Below, piece by piece: positions 1 through 13,700 of a stretch of DNA of 64,000 nt. Numbering within the stretch: position 1 is the stretch's first letter; the number at the start of each line of letters is the position of its first letter. Below the pieces are notes generated by a model. It did not search any database and was not told where the DNA came from. It saw nothing but the letters and a program-made list of their open reading frames with translations. Source of the DNA: Amoebophrya sp. A120 (taxonomy: Eukaryota > Protista > Dinoflagellata); assembly GCA_905178155.1 (NCBI GenBank), contig CAJINV010000006.1, positions 1,889,526 through 1,953,525 on the forward strand, in the 5' to 3' direction. The position numbers and the translations under genes are program-made.

Positions 1-102
1 CTGGAGTTCTCTTGCTGGTCATGCAATACAAATTTTTTCAGAATCCAGAGACAGCATCACAAGTTTAGAGTCTTCCAGACCCAGACATTTTTGCATTTGA
101 TA
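1..102. mobile_element. Introner family A, right end only
   Basis: Ends TCTTCCAGACCCAGACATTTTTGCATTTGATA. Confidence 0.85.
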
Positions 103-1829
103 GAGCCTGTTGCGGGACGATCTGCAGAAGGTAGACGGCGCCCTGCCCGGAGACTTGTCGCCCCCGCGCGGGCTGCAGCTGCTGCCGGCGACGCCGCGCA
201 TGAAGGGCAGTTTTTTTGCGGGAGACTGGAACACAGCTGCTGGTGGTCCACCAGGAGCGCAAGCGGGAGTAGAACAGCCCTACACGGAGTATCGGGATGG
301 CGTGCAATTCGAAGTAAACACCCCAACCCCGGCGAATGCTGTGGCCACGCCGCCATCGTTCCTCAAGATGGACAACGTGCACCTGCCACACACGTCCCTT
401 TTCGCCGCCGGTGGCAACAACCTGTTGAAAGCGACGAAACAGTACTCGCAGAGCCCGGCAACGACCTTCGCTGGCCACAAAACCGCGCGCGGGTCCCTCA
501 CTTCGGGCGAAGACGCGGAAATTCAGAACAGCCTCCGTTTCGCGCATATCCAACAAAAAAACGTTGTTAGTGTAAATTTGTGATGCGCAACATGCAAGAT
601 GATTGCGGCTGTCATGCTTGGCATACGTCGGAAGGTCCATTAAAGGGCGTTTTCACGTACTATCTGCGCATGACAGGTTTTTGCTGTCATGCGAGAGATA
701 TTTGTGATGCTAAATCCTCCAAGAAAGTTACACCTACAATGTTTTTTCTTGGATAGCGCAGGGAACTTACTCCTTCGAAATGCCGCAGATAAACATGATG
801 CCGGTGTTATCGTGAACAAAAACGTCCCCACCCCAGAGTCAAGATGGGATTTCTGCTAGACAAATCTGTCAGCTTTGGGTGTTGCGCATGACAAGTTTGG
901 CCTCGTGGTATGATCCTGGTTAGCTTGTTCAGCAGCATCACAGATCTAGCATATCGCGCTGATTCTAGCATCGCAAATCCCAAAACACAACTAGAAACTG
1001 CTTCTCATGGGTCTCCGCATGAGAAAAATTTTCAGCATGCAGACTTGCATAACAACTCTGGGGTGGGGACGTTTTTACATTTGATAGGTGTTTCAGCCGG
1101 CAGAGTTGGTGGAACAAAGATTGTTCAACGACCAGGTGCCCAGAAGGCGAGCAGAGGCAGTGATGCAGCAGGACAAGCAGTATCAAATGCAAATATGTCT
1201 CGGTGTAGAAGGAAGATGCGAGGTTTGTCATGCTTAAAGCTGGCATGACTGAAGAACTTGTGATGCCTGCCCAAGAAGAGATTCTTTTTCTTGTCATGCA
1301 AAAAAGCAGCTTGTCATGCGGAAACTGCAACGCTAAGCAGCGCAGATACAACTTCTCATGTAGTTTGGCTGTGCATTACAGGACACTCACTATAATTCCC
1401 AACCCAGCATCACAAGTTTATTCCAGACCCAGACATATTTGCATTCGATAAGCAGCAAACGGTGACAACGGACGGAGAGCGTCGAACCCCGTCCCCTTAT
1501 GAGAGTGCACAACTCCCCCTCCCCCTCATTTGTCATGCAAAATACCCAATCCACCCTTTGCCTCTCGGCACTGTTTGCATGGCAAGTTCTGGTAGCCGAA
1601 ATAGCACTATACTCCAGTGCAAATCTGTATCTGTCATGCAAAACCGACACTCTTGCTGATGCTTGTATTGCCGTTCATGCTACACAAATGAGGGGGAGGT
1701 GGGGTTGTGCACTCTCATACCCCGTCGGGCAGGTTTATTCTGGGGCAGAAGCCCACGAACTTTGGCAACAAAAGCGTGGACACGGTGTATTTGGCTGACT
1801 TGACCAGCTTTGACAGCAAGAAGGTATAG
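103..1829 (+). CDS. 3' part of a hypothetical protein gene split by introners (exons ~108-546, 761-807, 1092-1180, 1456-1497, 1725-1829)
   Basis: Removing each element plus one 5-bp repeat gives a continuous frame ...SLRFAQGTYSFEMPQINMMPVFQPAELVEQRLFNDQVPRRRAEAVMQQDKQQTVTTDGERRTPSPSGRFILGQKPTNFGNKSVDTVYLADLTSFDSKKV*, stop TAG at 1827-1829. Confidence 0.75.
547..755. mobile_element. Introner family C
   Basis: TATCCAACAAAAAAAC...GTTTTTTCTTGGATA; TSD GCGCA. Confidence 0.9.
808..1086. mobile_element. Introner family D
   Basis: TAT..AAAAACGTCCCCACCCCAGAGT / ACTCTGGGGTGGGGACGTTTTT..ATA; TSD GGTGT. Confidence 0.9.
1181..1450. mobile_element. Introner family A
   Basis: TATCAAATGCAAATATGTCT...AGACATATTTGCATTCGATA; TSD AGCAG. 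Confidence 0.9.
1498..1719. mobile_element. Introner family F
   Basis: TATGAGAGTGCACAAC...GTTGTGCACTCTCATA; TSD CCCCT/CCCCG. Confidence 0.9.
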
Positions 1830-2714
1830 ATAGAAGAAGAATCTTAATTTTGATGTTCTCGTCAAAAATAACCTACGCGAGAAATTGTATCGATACAACT
1901 AGGGTTGTTCGGGTTGTACTATTAATTACTAAATAAAGTTCTTGCGAGGTAAAGCAAATCAAATACACATGATTTGTCTTCCTCTACTACTTCCAGGTAG
2001 TTGTACTAGTTGCAGTTCTCTCTTGATGTTCCACACATCGTAGCGGTCCTCGTGGACCCACATGTAATTTTTATTCCATGACACAAGCAGAGTTGCAACC
2101 GATTTATTGTCATGCAGAAATTACGATACAACAAAGCAAACTCTATCCACAACCCCAGGCCGCCGTCGACGCCAAGCAGCGGTGACAAAAGAGGGTCTGC
2201 GAGAGGGGTAAAAAAACCCGAATCCGCCCGGCACAGGGCTGATGTTTTTGCGGCCCTTTCATGCAAAAGCCCGAACCCTCTCGCGCCACCCTCTCGCGCA
2301 TCCTCTCGCGCCACCCTCTTGCGCCACCGTCTCGCGCCAACAATTTTATTTCCCCGGGGAATCAGGTGGGCGGGCGCGGGGTGGTGATAAACAAAGAGCA
2401 GCGCCGGCCTCTGTCTGATTCTTTTGGCACGCACCTACGCCGGGGCGGCATCTCTTCGCCCGCAAGGTTTACTGCAGCTGCCACCTGCGCATAGCGCCTA
2501 AAGGCGCGGGAAGCGCGCAGGAGGCCCTGCGGGTCGACCTCGCGCAAAATGGCGCTCGAAGTTTCCTCGGTCCGTCACACTGTGCCCAAAGCTTTTGTGT
2601 CGCGGCCCGATCCGCAAATAGTCAAACCCCAGCACAACAGCCTTGCGCTCCGGCGGCAGCCGGAGCATGGCTGGTTTATTGTCATGCAGAAATTACGACA
2701 CAACAAACTTTGTT

Positions 2715-2826
2715 GAACTGCAAAAGCATCGTACTCGTATAAATGCATTACAAATTTCCTCAGCATGAGAAACAAAATGAAAATTTGTAATGCAGATTTG
2801 CTTTGGAAACAAGATTTGTAATGCAA
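2715..2826. mobile_element. Truncated family B element, intergenic
   Basis: TGAACTGCAAAAGCATCGTACTCGTATAAATGCATTACAAATTTCCTCAGCATGAG; right TIR missing. Confidence 0.7.
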
Positions 2827-3215
2827 TACTACAAAACAAACTAACTATCCACAACCCCAGGTCGCCGTTGACGCCAAGCAGCGGTCCAACGTCACCACTG
2901 TAAATTCCAAGCAGTCACAGCAGCCTGTCATTTATCAACGATAATAATACTTATGTTTATTAATCTGGGTCATCTACATCTACTGGAAGAACGTTTTTGT
3001 CATGCTAGTTTGTCAATGGGAAGCGAAAGCGCTAATGTCGTTGCGACCACGCCACTGCGTTTTTTGTGTGTGTGTGAAAGCAGGGCATTAGCGGGACTTT
3101 TCGCTGCTGTGGAACTACAGCACGGACCTTATCGTCTTGCTCTTGGCAGATACTGTCCCTGGCATGACAAAATCCAGACGTGGTGACCTAGATCATCTTT
3201 GCAGATATTTGCAAC

Positions 3216-4055
3216 ATGCATACCCCTCCAACTGTCTTGACGGTTGACAAAGACACGGAGATGGCCGAGGCGGGTGACATATCATACGTAAAAACGTCCC
3301 CATCCCTTAGTCAAGTTGGGAACCTAGCAAGACAAATCCACAAGTTTTGGGAGCCACGCATGAGAAGTTGCAGACAACGTAGTGTAGTTTTTCTTAGCAA
3401 GGACAACCGCATCACAAATCCATCTGCTTATCCTGTTTACAGCATTTTTACAAATTCCAAATTGCGACTGGAAAAAATGCCTCTCATGGAGATGCGCATT
3501 ACAAATCTTCGTGGAATTATCGCAAATCCGCATGACAACTGTAGGGTAGGGGACGTTTTTACTCAGGATATGACATTCTGTACGTGCGGCGCAAGTCCCG
3601 GGGCTCCAGCCCCAACGCGGCGGCGCAGATTAGCTACCACAGGGTGGCTATGCAAGAAAAAAACTGTGTAAGTGAAAATCTGTGATGCAGAAAATGCCAA
3701 ACAGTTACACTTGTCATGCTCGACATGCATGACTGGCTCGCTTCCTATGTGTTTTCCCTTTGTATCTGCGCATAACAAGTTTGTCCTGTCATGGCAGACA
3801 AACTTGTGATGCTGTTTTCCCAAAAGACTTACACTTACACAGTTTTTTTCTTGGATAGTGGTGCACTCCGGGGTCTTGCCGCAGCCCGTGATGTTGTCGG
3901 GGTTGCTGGGAAAGCCGTGGCAGCTCGGCATGGGAATGTCCGGACAGTATAATCTGAATCAAACAAGCGGAAATAATGGTAGTGCCACAAATGTAAACGG
4001 GTCTTTGCCCGATATGGTGGGGCTGTACGTGAGCAACCCACCAAACACGGCATAA
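3216..4055 (+). CDS. Small hypothetical protein (~109 aa; exons 3216-3279, 3576-3648, 3863-4055; true start may be upstream)
   Basis: Exons sum to 330 nt with an open frame MHTPPTVLTVDKDTEMAEAGDILYVRRKSRGSSPNAAAQISYHRVAHSGVLPQPVMLSGLLGKPWQLG...NTA* after removing two elements. Confidence 0.65.
3280..3570. mobile_element. Introner family D
   Basis: TAT..TAAAAACGTCCCC / GGGGACGTTTTTA..ATA; TSD TGACA. Confidence 0.9.
3649..3857. mobile_element. Introner family C
   Basis: TATGCAAGAAAAAAACTGTGTAAGTG / CACTTACACAGTTTTTTTCTTGGATA; TSD GTGGC/GTGGT. Confidence 0.9.
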
Positions 4056-6469
4056 GAAGAAGAAGAAGAAGACAAAAATGGGAAGATTACCTGGAGGTGA
4101 TCTCCCAAAAGATTGTGATTGATTCGAAACCTAAACGCAAACTCATAAATCGAACATGAAATATCAAAGCCAAAACTTCTAATATTAAACATCGTAACTT
4201 CATCTTTAGACACGACTAAAAATGCAAAACCCTGGCCGCAGGCCATTCGCCTGTTATTCCGCAAGATACATTTGATTATACTTGAGATGCAAGAACTTTT
4301 TGAACAACTTTTAAACCTTATATTCCCGATGCAACAAGTAGAAGACGTGACGAAGAAGACGCCACGCGGCAATGACACCCTCGAGCCGTTTCTCCGAAAG
4401 AACGTCAAGGCCGTTTTACTTTTTTCAACTATACAATGCGAGTAATCTATCTCCTGAAAAAATCACTTTCATTTGAGTCTTATTCCCAATGCAATCTGAC
4501 TTTCTTCTCATCGGTTTTAATAGATTTTTATTTTCACGATCAACTGTAAACTACATGTAATAGTACATTTCATTTTTATAGTATTTCAAAAATCGCAATT
4601 TTTATTTTTCTATCGCTATGGTTTGTCAACATTTATTATCACATATACATTTTGCATTTGCTCAGTTTTTCACACGACTGCAGGGTCGTAGAGGTCATTT
4701 CAGTTTCACATCACTAGAGAAGTAGTTCATGCGTGTATCCCATGCAGTATACTGTAGTACTTGTGCTAGAAAGCATCCGAAAAATAAGTATTCAACCCCG
4801 AGCACTATCCGAAAAAATAGAAAAACTCCCTTCCTTTTTAAAAACAGTTTGACAGGGCCGAGGTGGCGGGATGTTGGGGATGGCATGACAGTTATTCTTT
4901 TCAGCATCTCGTCTCAGTCACGAGGAGGAAATAAAGGTGGTCCTAGATCATGAAAAAATTATCCTGTTTTATTGGAAGCCCCACTGTTTAGAAAGTTATC
5001 AACCCCTTTATTTGATGCTTGACAAGCACGACGCTATTGAGATCTTGACGACGACGAAGAACGAAGTGGACAGGCCGCTCCTGCGCTTGTCTCTAGTTTG
5101 CTACGAGAAGTAAAATAGACACCCGCTTGACCATGTATCTCCCCGTGAGCGTGACACCTTGCCGTGCCTGATTTTATTGTTGGAATCAAGTAGTACTAGC
5201 TTTAGTGCCGCGCCGAGGGGTGGTCAGTGGTCTCTCGTAGTACCACCGCATCAGACGCAGAGAAAATAAAGCACTACAGTAATATTTCAGCAAATCAGCT
5301 CATCTCATATGGCACAGAAAAACCACACGGAGGTTGTTGCATGTAGAAGCTTTTTTCAAGAAGCGGGAAGTTTATTACGCGGGAAGCACCCCTTCCCGGA
5401 TTCTATTCCGCCTAGAGAGACGGGAAAAACTAGGTATACTACTTCTGCAACGTCGAGACGTAGTCAAGATTTTGAACCCCCTGGCCGTGCTAGTGTCTGT
5501 ACATGAAAAAAAAAATCAGCCAATAGAATTTTTGTGCGGCTGAGGTCTTCTTCTTCACCGGTAGTTCGTCCCAACGGGAACGGATACGGAGACGGTGAAG
5601 ATTACTGGTTTTTGTCCTCCTGTCAAGCAGGAAAAGTGTTCAACCCTCTTGTTTGTTCAACCCTCTTGTCTGAATGCGCATGGCGATTAAACGCGTAAAA
5701 ATAAACGACAAAGTTGTAGACCATTGCGAGTACAAATACAATCTATATTCCAATCTGTTGTAGGTTGCGGTTGGTTCTTGTGTGGCGCCCGCACTACTTC
5801 TTCGCCACAGCTGCCGTTCAGCAGCGCGATGCTGGTTGCTGGCTTCTTGAGGAGGAAACAAGGAAATAGAAAAAACTCATTGATTCATCCCTACGGAAAG
5901 AAACAAACTCATAGTTTGAACGCTGCTCGACGCTTTATTTATAGTGTCCAGCTGGGCTCCTGCTATCCTGGCTATTAACGTCAGGCACGTGGTGATCTCC
6001 CGATTTGGCACTTCTGAAAAGAGTTTGGAGTTGAATATTTTTGACTTTAATAGGCCTTCTTCTAAAGAAAGTAGTATTAGTGAAATGAATACGTAAGCGA
6101 GAAGATCATGATGTGATGATTCCAGCAGTCTGGCGACGGAAGTGGAGTGAGGAAAATCCCACTAAACGGTGGACAAGTACAAGACCGCGAACAACGACGT
6201 GGGTTACAACAACAATTTCTACTCACACACCTGCTTCCTCTGCAGAATTTCAAACTTCTTTTCGAAGTCCTCCACCGGATTGGCCAACACATCAAGAATA
6301 CCATCGTCGATCTGCTGGCCTCGTGGCAGGGCATGGAAAATTAAAATACACGATGATTAAAATTGGATTCGCACACGAAGGTGTTCGACGAACAACCTTC
6401 CTCCAACCTCCAACTTTTGTAGCATTCACGCGAAGAACTAACATTTGTCGGAAGCAGAAGATTTTGCCA

Positions 6470-7056
6470 GAGCAGAGGCAGTGATGCAGCAGGACAAGCA
6501 GTATCAAATGGATGCAAATATGTCTGGGTATAGAAGGATGCGAGGTTTATTGTCATGCTTGTCTGGCATGACTGAAGAACGTGTGATGCCTGCCCAAGAA
6601 GAGACCCTTTTTCTTGTCATGCAAAAAAGCAGCTTGTCATGCGGAAACCGAAACTGCAATGCTAAGCAGCGCAGATACAACTTCTCATGTTTGGCTGTGC
6701 ATTACAGGACACTCACTATTCCCAACCCAGCATCACAAGTTTATTCCAGACCCAGACATGTTTGCATTCGATAAGCAGCAAACGGTGACAACGGACGGCG
6801 AGCGTCGAACCCCGTCCCCTTATGAGAGTGCACAACTCCCCCTCCCCCTCATTTGTCATGCAAAATACCCAATCCACCCTTTGCCTCTCGGCACTGTTTG
6901 CATGGCAAGTTCTGGTAGCCGAAATAGCACTATACTCCAGTGCAAATCTGTCATGCAAAACCGACACTCTTGCTGACACAAATGAGGGGGAGGTGGAGTT
7001 GTGCACTCTCATACCCCGTCGGGCAGGTTTATTCTGGGGCAGAAGCCCACGAACTT
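6470..7056 (+). repeat. Displaced copy of 1149-1762 (exons plus elements A 6502-6773 and F 6821-7013), flanked by a 45-bp direct repeat
   Basis: Near-identical to 1149-1762; TTCACGC..AACATTTGTCGGAAGCAGAAGATTTTGCCA at 6425-6469 and 7055-7099. Confidence 0.9.
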
Positions 7057-7103
7057 CACGCAAAGAAGTAACATTTGTCGGAAGCAGAAGATTTTGCCAA
7101 CGC

Positions 7104-7382
7104 TATCCTCAGTAAAAACGTACCCACACGAGAGTTGTAATGCAGATTTGCAAAGACAGGAAGACTTGTAATGCGCATCCGCATGAGAGCCATTTCCAGT
7201 CGTGTTTTGGAATTTGTGATGCTGTGAACAGGATGAGCAGATGAATCTGTGATGCGGCTGCACTTGCTAACCTGCACTACAGTACAGCATGCAACTTGTC
7301 ATGCGTGACCCCCAAAACTTCAAGGTTTGTGTTGCAAAATCCCCATCTTGACTCTGGTGTGGGTACGTTTTTACTCAGGATA
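7104..7382. mobile_element. Introner family D
   Basis: TATCCTCAGTAAAAACGTACCCACAC / GTGTGGGTACGTTTTTACTCAGGATA; TSD AACGC. Confidence 0.9.
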
Positions 7383-7744
7383 AACGCGGAAATCATCATT
7401 TTTCCGGTACTAGCGAGGGGTTAGCAGTTGATGTAACCGCGGCGCGGAAAAACAAAAAGGCACTTCGGTAAAATAAACCGCACCACGACTTTTTTCAGCG
7501 GAAGCGGAACAAAGTTGTAACCGGAAGAAGCAGTGCAGGCATGGAGAAGTTGGATATGGCAAGGAAAAAGTTCGTCACGGTACTAAAACCCCCCTGCAGA
7601 CTGTGCTTGACAAAAAATTCTTCTTGAGCTACAGTAAATATGGAATGATGCACACAAATTTTCACGCATGACAGACAGTTTTGATGTACTATTGCAAAAT
7701 TGCGCATGATGTGTGATCTTCGTGGTGACCTTTTTTTTGTTGGA

Positions 7745-10700
7745 GATTCAAGGATATGAACTGCAAAAGTATCGTACTCGTATAAATGCATTACGAATTT
7801 CCTCAGCATGAGAGCGAAAATCTGTAATGCGGATTTGCCTAAAGAGAAAGATTTGTAATGCAAGACTTGCATTCATACGAATACGATACTTTTGCACAGG
7901 ATAAAGGAGGCCCGGTACCGCCGGGGGGAGTTCATCGATTCGGCGCACCGATTATCAACTGCAAATATGTCTGGGTCTGGAAACTTGTGATGCAAGGACG
8001 GGGATAGGGAGCGTAAGTACTGTAATGCGCTGCCAAGCATGACAAGCTTTTCCATGGGTCTGGGTTCTTGCGTAGTACTCCGCATGAGAAATCGCGTTTT
8101 TGCATGACAGGTGGCAAGAGGAGCTCTTTGCGGCCACGCAATACAGAGTTCAGAGTCATGCCAGGCCAGCATTACAAATCTCGCAATTATCTCCCAGACA
8201 TCCAGACGCATTTGCATTGCACACCGATTCCGTGTGTGTGAGTGTCTCGGTGCGGGGGCGTTTGCCGAATTGTATTTGGTGTTCGATTATGCATTGCAAA
8301 GGTATCGCACTCGTATTGCAATCATGCATTACAAATCCGGTTCTTAAGGCAAATTAGCATTACAAATTTTATTTCTCATAAAAATCACAAGTACGAGCGC
8401 GATGGTACTTTTGCCATGCATATTGACACGGAGAACAGTAGGAATTTAGCCGCGAAGTGCGAAAAGCCACCGAGTAGCCGCCAAAATGGTAGTTTTACTG
8501 ATTTTTATTTCGACTGTCTGAATTGAAATTATGCGTTCTTGCAAGAACTTCTTTAGCACGGGCGATTTTTTTCTGAAGTTTTTTTGAAACATCATTATTT
8601 ATGATCCGTCATGAACAACATATGAATATGAATTTCACAACCCGTTGCTTTAGCTTTATCTATCAACAAGAACAGAATCCGACCGGCGGCGCGCCACGCG
8701 GCTGCACAAAGAGGCAGTTTTCCAGGGGATGTTGTGCCGCAGTTGGGGCCAGGTAAACTTTGAGAAGTTCGCGTCTCTCCCAGTTTCCCAACGGGTTTAC
8801 ATGGAGTGGAAGGACGAACAGTTAAAATTGAAAAAGGATATGAATTGCAAATATATCTGGGTCTGGAAACTTGTGATGCTGGGCGGCGTATCATCAGGAG
8901 GCCACAAGTGCTGGCTCAGCATGACAAGTTTCGGAGCTTCTAGGTGTTGCCTATTCTGCATGACAAACTGCGTTTCTGCATGCCAGAAAAATTGCGCTCT
9001 TGGGTAACGTGCATGACAGATTTGAGAGTCATGCCAGACAAGCATGACAAACATGCATTCTTCCAGACCCAGACATATATTTGCACTTGATAACGGAGCA
9101 AGGTGAGCAAGATGATGCAGCTGCAGCAGAAGCGGCCGATAAAAATGTCGGGACGCTCAGCTCTTCTTCCAGTGGAGGTGGAACTTCGAGCAAGACAACC
9201 ACGTCGGCCTCCATGAAGAGTTCTTCCTCCTCCTCATCTTTATGACGGTGCACAACTCCCCGTCCCCCTCATTTGTATAGCATGAACGGCAATACAAGCA
9301 TCAGCAAGAGTGCCGGTTTTGCATGACAAATTTGCACTGGAGTGTAGTGCTATTTGGGCTACCAGAACTTGTCATGCAAACAGTGCCAAGTGGCAATGGG
9401 TGGGTTGGGTATTTTGCATGACAAATGAGGGGCGGGAGGGGGAGTTGTGCACTGTCATAATCTTTGATCCAGTTGCACAATGGAGGATCCACGACAAATA
9501 AATCGACGCTGAAGCGCAGACGCATGTCCTCGGCCAGTGTGACCGGCGCCAATGTAGTTAAAGGCGCAACAACTTCTACGGGGGCGAACAGAACCAACAC
9601 TAAGCAAGCCGCCAACAACATCTCCACCTCCAATAAAGGCGCAGGTAGTACTTGTAATATCGAGGGAGACATCAACAACAGTGACAACACGAAGAAAAAA
9701 ATCGATCCTCGGTTAGAGTGGTTGAACTTGGAGCTGGGAGAGTCCTATGAGTTTGTGGAAGAAATGTCTTCGGGAACGGTTTTTGACGCGCGAGTAAAGC
9801 CGGGACAGCCACAACGAACAGGGCTAGTACAAGAAGAACACCAGCACGACGACACTTCTGCTAATCAAGCCACCTGTCAAGCACAAGTAGCGGACCAGCA
9901 AATAAGCAGCGGGAAAAAGATGGGAAGCAAGATGAATAGTTTCAAACCCGCACCCAGGGCGGCGGGGGCAACAGCTGCAGGAGCTGACGGAGAGAGGAAC
10001 TACAGCAAGGGGAACAAGACCACCGGAGGAGGAGGTCGCAGTACCAATAATAACACGCCGAAGAGTGCCAACAAGCGCACCGCGTCGGCTGACGCAAATA
10101 GTACGCTGCTGAACAAAACCACTTCCGCTAAGACGACTGCTGTCTTTGCAAGAAGTACTCTCGGCAAGATCGTGGGAGTAGAAGATCATGGCCATGACGG
10201 GGACACGACCCTTCTCCGCTCATCCCGGAAGCCCATCATCCCGATCGACAGAAGCGAGACGAACGAAACCATATTGCGAGGAAAAATCCCCCCTCCCCAT
10301 ATTGACGATGTATGTTTCATCCGAAAATTTGTGTTGCTGATTTGTGGCCACAAATCGCGTCTGTCTTGCACGGAAGCAACTCCACGAGCTCCGCAGCATT
10401 GTGCAGGCGGTTTGTGATGCTGATGGGCCTACAGCACGGACGTTCCCCATGCTAGACGCCTAGGCCAAAGCCTCTCTATCTAGGCTAAGTATAATCCTGC
10501 GTTTATCCTCTCCAGCACGACAAAACTGATTTGCGTACGCAGATCCTGCATCAGAAACTTCGTTTTGATATGGGGAGGGGGGATTTTTCCTTTTGATGAA
10601 CCAGATACAGTCCGCATTTCAAGTTGAACGACGGGCGCACCTGCATCCCGCGGTTCTACGGGTTCTGGGACAACCCGGCGCAAAAGGTGGCCGGGTCCGC

Positions 10701-13700
10701 GAAATTTCACGACGCAACCTTGATGCAGCGCACCATGAGCTCTGGTAGTTGTGGTATGTTTCACCAGGATCTCAACTATAGTCCACCGACGAAGGTCAAC
10801 AAGAATGCAACCAACACTGCCGCGAGCTCGAAAGGTTCGAAAACAACGATAGTTGGGGGCAATCCGGCAGTCGGTGGCATTTCTTCGTGCACGGAGATTG
10901 ACATCTTCGTATCCTGGGCAAAAGTACTGTCGCACTCGTACTAATTGCATTTATGCATATACAAATCTCCATCCTAAGGTAACACAGCATGACAAATTCC
11001 ATCTGTCATGCTGAGGTAATTTGTAATTTAATTACTACTAGTACGATGCTTTTGCAATTCATACTTCGACCGGCGTGACAAGAAATCTACTTGTTCCCCC
11101 GACGTCAAAGCCGACACCTATCCCACGGGGCGGAAGTGCGCCTTTTTCCTGTTGGAGGTGATGGGCCGGGACCTGTGCTGCGTCCGGAAAAAAGTGAACG
11201 AAAATCACCAGTTGTCCATCCCTATCCTGTGCGAATGTATCGTACTCGTAGTAGTCGCAATTATGCATGGCAAATCTATTTGCTTAGGTAAATCCGCATT
11301 ACAAATTTAATTTGTAATGCTGAGTTAATTTGTATTGCAAAAATTAATACTACGAGTTCGATACTTTTGCAATGCATAATCCCCGCGGTTGGCTTCCTCG
11401 GGAAACAGTTGATCCAGATGTTGCAAATGATCCACGAAGAGGGGGTTCTGCACCGCGACATCAAGCCGCAGAATTGCATGCTTGGGAACAATAATCAAAC
11501 GAAAATGGACCTCCATCTGGTCGATTTCGGTCTGGCCACGCAGTTCGATTTGGCCCAGGACACCTTGATTCACGTCATTTACCGGGAGTCCAGCGGGGAA
11601 ATCTTGAACAACCAGGATATGCAATGCAAGAGTATCTGTATCGTACTACGTATAAATTGCATTGCAAATTTCCTTAGCATGTGAAATGGAATTTGTCATG
11701 CTGTTTTGGCTGAGGAAGGCGATTCGTCATGCGTAATTGCGATTACTACGAGTGCGATATTACTTACTTTTGCACTGGATACAGGATATCGTCCGGCAAA
11801 TTGAAGACCTTCACGGAAAGGAGGCCAGCTATGCAAGAAAAAAACTCGTGTAAGTGTAAATCTGTAATGCAGAACACGCAACAGAGTTACACCTGTCATG
11901 CCAGACAGCCATGAAGTTCTCTTTTCATGTGTGTTTTCACTTACAAGCCACGCATGACAGGTTTTTTCTGTTATGTAGAACAAATTTGTGATGCTGTCAG
12001 CCAAAGATAGTTACACTAACACAGTTTTTTTCTTGGATATCAGCTACCGCGAGAATAACCGAACCAGCTGCCCCGAGCACTTCTACACGACGCAAAAATT
12101 GGTTTTGAACCAGAAAGTATCAACGTCAAATGTGTCTGGGTCTGGAAGAGTGTAAACTTGCCATGCAGGTTTTCCATGACCTTGACCACCCATGAGATCT
12201 GGAATGCGGGACCTAGCATGACAGACTCTGTGAGGTGGTCTCTGTCATGCCAATCCTGCATGAGAAACTCCCACCCAACTTGGTCGAAAGTGGACAGCTT
12301 TTGGCATTCATGCAACACAGATTTTTGCATGATTCAGATTCAGCATGACGAGTTGCATTCTTCCAGACCCAGATATATTTGCAATGCATAGAAAGTTTTG
12401 AAACGGATGCAGCAAACCTTGAGTTCGCACCTCGCGCCTACACCTTCTGCGGCTCCAGGGCTCCACAGCACCTTCCCGAAGGAGACCAAGTACGTTTCGT
12501 TTTCCAACTTGCCGAAGGAGACGCAGGCTTTGTTCGAGAGTATCGTGAGAAAAAAGTGTTACAGTTACACACTCTCATGCAAGACAGGCAAGACAGACAA
12601 CCTCTGTCATGGAGGAAACGCTTGCCAGCGTTATTTCATTCGTGTTTTCCCTTTATAGTCTGCGCATTACAAGTTTTCTTTGCCATGCAGAGTAAATTTG
12701 TGTTGCTGAAATTACAACAAATGTGTAACTGTAACACTTTTTTCCTGCGATAGAGAGAATCGCGAAGCAGTACAACAGGGCTCGCACGCAGCTCGCCCCA
12801 AACCCCGATAATCCGCACGCGAGCAACACGGGCACCAAAGACCACCCGAACAGGTCGCCGCTGAAAGTTCAGGATATTCGAGAGACGTGGCTTCCTATCC
12901 TGTGCAAAAGTATCGTAGTCCTACTAATCGCATTCATGCATTACAAATTTCTATCTCAAGTTAAATCTGCATTACAAATTTTATTTCTCATGCTGAGGAA
13001 ATTTGTCATGCGATTTATACTACGTGCGATGCTTTTGCATTCCATACTCCCCGCGCATTATTTGAAGCGGCGCAGCCGCAACGTGGCCTTCCGCGGAACG
13101 GCGGCCTACGGATCAATTTCGGCGCTGGAGGGGTATGAGCAGATATCAAATGCAAAAATGTCTGGGTCTGGAAGATTGTCATGCTAGTCTGGTATGACTC
13201 TGCACTCTGTATTGCGCGGCCACCAAGAGGTCCTCTTGCCTGTCATGCAAAAGCGCAGTTTCTCATGCGAAATACGCATCACAGAAGCACGAAAAAACTT
13301 GTCATGCTTGGCGGCACATGGCAGAGCACTTTATTGTTCACGGACTTGCATCACAAGTTTCCAGACCCAGACACTTTTACTTTTGATAGCAGACCAGGTG
13401 GGACGATATCGAGGGTGCGTTTTGGGTATGCATTGCAAAAGTATCGTAGTCGTAGTATCTTGCATTTATGCACGACAAATCTTTTTATCAAGGTAAATCA
13501 GCATGAGAAATTCCATTTGTAATGCTGAGCGAAGTTGGAATGCGATTAAGTACTACTAGTACGATGCTTTTGCATTTCATATTGGGTGATGTTCGATTTG
13601 CTCCTCGGTGGGTTGTCCTGGCGCCGGTACTATCAAATGCAAACATCGTGATCTGGGTCTGGCAGCTTGTATTGCTGATACTTGCATTGCGGCCTATGCC

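Noticed and set aside
547-755. Paramecium-type TA-bounded internal eliminated sequences
   Set aside because: The duplicated unit is an arbitrary 5-mer rather than TA, and leaving one TA would not generally restore frames. DNA-level removal is not formally excluded.
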